Assembly (NCBI GenBank): GCA_029838215.1
Contig: JALGVI010000022.1
Location: 1-39,632, forward strand
Length of the DNA: 39,632 bases
Source of the DNA: Candidatus Helarchaeota archaeon
Lineage (GTDB): Archaea > Asgardarchaeota > Lokiarchaeia > Helarchaeales > RDOG01
Direction of reading: 5' to 3'
Shown here: in pieces, positions 36,504 to 39,632 of the stretch
Position numbering within the stretch: the first letter of the stretch is position 1
How the letters are laid out: each line of letters begins with the position of its first letter
Made by a program: the position numbers and the translations under genes
The notes under the pieces: model-generated
Seen by the model: only the letters and a program-made list of their open reading frames with translations
Databases searched by the model: none
What the model was told of the DNA's origin: nothing

Positions 36504-36881
36504 TCACTTATCATATTTCTCAAGCAAGAGCTCATCCAAATCATCTGACTCATTCTCAAGCTCCTCCAACTCATGCTGAACAATCTCCAAATACTCTACA
36601 TCCACCTTTCCAACAAAATTCTCGCAACGCTCGTACCTGTCACACACGTTCACCTCAGAATACAAAACCAAGGTCCTATCATCCTTGCAAAAATCACGAA
36701 ATAACTTGCACTCGACAATCTCAAGGTCCAAATCCGATTCCTCAACCTGATCTTGGGAAAACTTACAGGTCGCACAACACTCCGCCTGCCGATAATTAGG
36801 AGGAAACTCGGGATATTCGTCTTCTGCCATTAATATTAACTCCAAATCCTCTGCTTGCTTCAAATTATTATAAAAAAACAT
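36504..36881 (-). CDS. Small acidic Cys-rich protein
   Basis: CCATCKF...CKLF...C...CDRYERC; very D/E-rich tail. Probable start ATG 36830 (GGAG upstream), giving 108 aa. Confidence 0.7.
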   Translation of the reverse strand: MFFYNNLKQAEDLELILMAEDEYPEFPPNYRQAECCATCKFSQDQVEESDLDLEIVECKLFRDFCKDDRTLVLYSEVNVCDRYERCENFVGKVDVEYLEIVQHELEELENESDDLDELLLEKYDK

Positions 36882-36967
36882 TGATTAAAAATTCAATCAC
36901 TAATTCATTTCCTTGAAATTCAAGCAAAACAAAATTCTTGATCGAGTTATTTAGGCTTGCCTAGTCA

Positions 36968-37188
36968 CCGGCATGTCGGCGGCTTTTCTCAAAAGAACGT
37001 TTATATAAATAAAACGATTTTCCGCCCCAATTCGCCCAAAAACGGCCCCGGCTCTGGCGAGCCCGCCATTCTAGATCCGCCGCGAAGGTCCCGAAGAATC
37101 TTCCGGTCCACCGCGCGGCATTTCCCTCCTCGATTCGTCACTACCGGCATGTCTTTATAAAGGATCGCGGAAAACCGCGACATGCCGG
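36968..37188. repeat. 221-bp element bounded by imperfect inverted repeats, with an internal direct copy of CCGGCATGTC
   Basis: CCGGCATGTCG at 36968-36978 is the reverse complement of 37178-37188. A third copy of CCGGCATGTC lies at 37144-37153. The core is visibly GC-richer than its flanks. Confidence 0.75.
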
Positions 37189-37252
37189 AACTTTTATTTT
37201 TAAGTCTTTCCATTTGGTTTTTATAATACCCGATCTTTTCTATATATATAGG
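37144..37252 (+). promoter_or_regulatory. Putative CRISPR leader/promoter
   Basis: AT-rich non-coding stretch with TATA-like TTTATAAA (37154-37161) and TTTTTATAA (37218-37226), upstream of repeat 1 in the orientation implied by the ATTGAAAT 3' end. Confidence 0.55.
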
Positions 37253-39554
37253 GTAGCAAGAATAAGCCTCAAGTGAGAGGATTGAAATCAAATCTTTCAT
37301 TTAAAACTGTCGAAGGGAACATTGAAAGTAGCAAGAATAAGCCTCAAGTGAGAGGATTGAAATCAAAGCATTTCTAACGTAGCTGAAACAATTTTTTTAA
37401 AAGTAGCAAGAATAAGCCTCAAGTGAGAGGATTGAAATATCATTTGTAAGAAAATGGTGATCAACGGAAAGTTTTGTAGCAAGAATAAGCCTCAAGTGAG
37501 AGGATTGAAATTGGACTTGTTCTTATTGAACGTTATGTAATGCGTTAGTAGCAAGAATAAGCCTCAAGTGAGAGGATTGAAATCTTTCTTTTTCTTGTAA
37601 ATCCTGTAAAATCCGATGACAAGTAGCAAGAATAAGCCTCAAGTGAGAGGATTGAAATGGTGGATTGCTATATAGTGCATTAACACGCCAGGAGGTAGCA
37701 AGAATAAGCCTCAAGTGAGAGGATTGAAATTTTCTTGTTGCATTACTATCTAGTTTCTCTTTAAGTGGTAGCAAGAATAAGCCTCAAGTGAGAGGATTGA
37801 AATATCTTATCGCGAGCGATTTACAAATTCAGATATAATCGTAGCAAGAATAAGCCTCAAGTGAGAGGATTGAAATGTCTTTCTCGCTTTCTCTGTCTCC
37901 ATTATGAGATCTCGTAGCAAGAATAAGCCTCAAGTGAGAGGATTGAAATAGTACACTTATTTTTATCACCTCGAGTTTTTATTATGGTAGCAAGAATAAG
38001 CCTCAAGTGAGAGGATTGAAATGTCGTTGAGAGCGTCTCAAAAATGGAACAACCAACCTGTAGCAAGAATAAGCCTCAAGTGAGAGGATTGAAATTTATC
38101 TGGAACTATACTTATCAAAACAGGATTATTTTGTAGCAAGAATAAGCCTCAAGTGAGAGGATTGAAATCGATGGAGCAGGACAACAGGCTCACAATGTTC
38201 CCCACGTAGCAAGAATAAGCCTCAAGTGAGAGGATTGAAATATCTCCCGGATTGCGAGATAGGTCAGCAAGAACGCCGGGTAGCAAGAATAAGCCTCAAG
38301 TGAGAGGATTGAAATATATCCATTACACCTTAACTTTTTACCTTCCCATACGTAGCAAGAATAAGCCTCAAGTGAGAGGATTGAAATGCAGCAGCCACGG
38401 TGATGCTCTCCTTCACCTTTATCAGGTAGCAAGAATAAGCCTCAAGTGAGAGGATTGAAATGAAATGATTTTTGTCCGCGTTATCGCGGATTTCATTAAG
38501 TAGCAAGAATAAGCCTCAAGTGAGAGGATTGAAATTGGATCACGTCGCAAGCGGCACAGCACTTGTAACTTGTAGCAAGAATAAGCCTCAAGTGAGAGGA
38601 TTGAAATATACAAGCAATCAGGGCATGGTGAAGAAAATGGCGGACGGTAGCAAGAATAAGCCTCAAGTGAGAGGATTGAAATTTTCTGGGATCTTCGTAA
38701 TGCTCGCAACAGCTAAAGTAGCAAGAATAAGCCTCAAGTGAGAGGATTGAAATATCTTATCGCGAGCGATTTACAAATTCAGATATAATCGTAGCAAGAA
38801 TAAGCCTCAAGTGAGAGGATTGAAATAGTAAATAGAAAAGCGGATTACCACGATAAGAAAAAGTAGCAAGAATAAGCCTCAAGTGAGAGGATTGAAATAC
38901 ATCTCTCACATACATTTTGAGAGATTGATTTTTTAGTAGCAAGAATAAGCCTCAAGTGAGAGGATTGAAATCCATAAAATTGCTTACTTTTAAAATGCAC
39001 GCAATTAGGTAGCAAAATTAAGCCTCAAGTGAGAGGATTGAAATTTCTCATCGCAGTCCTCCTGATCGGAGTTCTCGACCACGTAGCAAAATTAAGCCTC
39101 AAGTGAGAGGATTGAAATTCAATACGATCCTGATAAGGATCTGATACTGTATCAGGTAGCAAAATTAAGCCTCAAGTGAGAGGATTGAAATGGATTGGAA
39201 TTTAATTCCCCTACTAGGAGAATGCCTTGTAGCAAAATTAAGCCTCAAGTGAGAGGATTGAAATCCATAAAATTGCTTACTTTTAAAATGCACGCAATTA
39301 GGTAGCAAAATTAAGCCTCAAGTGAGAGGATTGAAATGACCAAAGGACTTTACCTCTGACGCACTATGATTTGGGTAGCAAAATTAAGCCTCAAGTGAGA
39401 GGATTGAAATGTTAAGAGTATTGGTGAACCTGACACCAATACATTGTAGCAAAATTAAGCCTCAAGTGAGAGGATTGAAATTTTATTGACAGGTTAGTCG
39501 TGTGTAGTGCTGAATAAGGTAGCAAGAATAAGCCTCAAGTGAGAGGATTGAAAT
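37253..39554 (+). CRISPR. CRISPR array: 32 repeats of 36 nt (GTAGCAAGAATAAGCCTCAAGTGAGAGGATTGAAAT), 31 spacers of 35-39 nt (29 unique)
   Basis: Counted directly. The stem CCTC/GAGG ends exactly 8 nt (ATTGAAAT) before the repeat end, the usual Cas6 handle of class 1 type I/III arrays. Repeats 25-31 are the variant GTAGCAAAATTAAGCC...; spacer 8 = spacer 21 and spacer 24 = spacer 28. No cas genes in the window. Confidence 0.99.
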
Positions 39555-39632
39555 GTTACGAATTATCGTGTTTTTAGAAAAAGGGTGGGAGATTTAGGCG
39601 GTTTGTTTTCGTTTTTCCAGTTTTGGAATTAA

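Noticed and set aside
36842-36860. Partial repeat-like sequence on the minus strand (CAAGCAGAGGATT) as a possible anti-repeat or degenerate mini-array
   Set aside because: Only 8 contiguous matching bases, no second copy at spacer distance, and the repeat type does not call for a tracrRNA.
37001-38942. ORFs of 61-99 aa across the leader and array
   Set aside because: They are translations of repeats and spacers (recurring ISILSLEAYSCY / FQSSHLRLILAT / SKNKPQVRGLK).
37289-39518. Self-targeting of spacers within this window
   Set aside because: No match longer than about 8 nt noticed (e.g. ATCGCGGA shared by S17 and 37164-37171). The search was by eye and not exhaustive; BLASTN-short is needed.
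1-39632. rRNA, tRNA, integrase, transposase or provirus
   Set aside because: No cloverleaf, rRNA-like tract, tyrosine/serine recombinase or DDE motif recognised; the long intergenic gaps are short or explained above.

Overview
39.6 kb of gene-dense archaeal DNA, most likely from an Asgard (Lokiarchaeia-like) genome. That assignment is inferred from a Rag-like GTPase, two longin/uDENN-Rab fusion GTPases, 7TM-longin proteins and a TFE-beta/RPC34-like gene. All family calls come from motif recognition by eye; no database search was run. Left to right: (1) a small-GTPase signalling island (1-6.7 kb) with an ArsR regulator and twin palindromic operators; (2) a polyprenol-kinase-like gene facing three tandem GT87/GT-C glycosyltransferases; (3) SDR, nitrilase, M20 peptidase, a long PIN-domain protein, ACT + paaK and a stand-alone C2-like protein; (4) thrC / hom / ACT; (5) a MoxR AAA+ - vWA - SWIM-finger operon; (6) engB, rlmE, TFE-beta-like, EamA, HAD, DUF3786-like and DUF362 genes; (7) two small Cys-rich genes, a mirror-symmetric leader region and a 32-repeat CRISPR array (37253-39554), with no cas gene in the window. 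The most unusual signals are: palindrome-rich spacers clustered with a block of variant repeats; the mirror-image promoter-like elements between the array and a small acidic Cys-rich gene; the Rag/7TM-longin/uDENN-Rab island; and an AAA-lid-like N-terminus on the vWA protein. No rRNA, tRNA, integrase or transposase was recognised.
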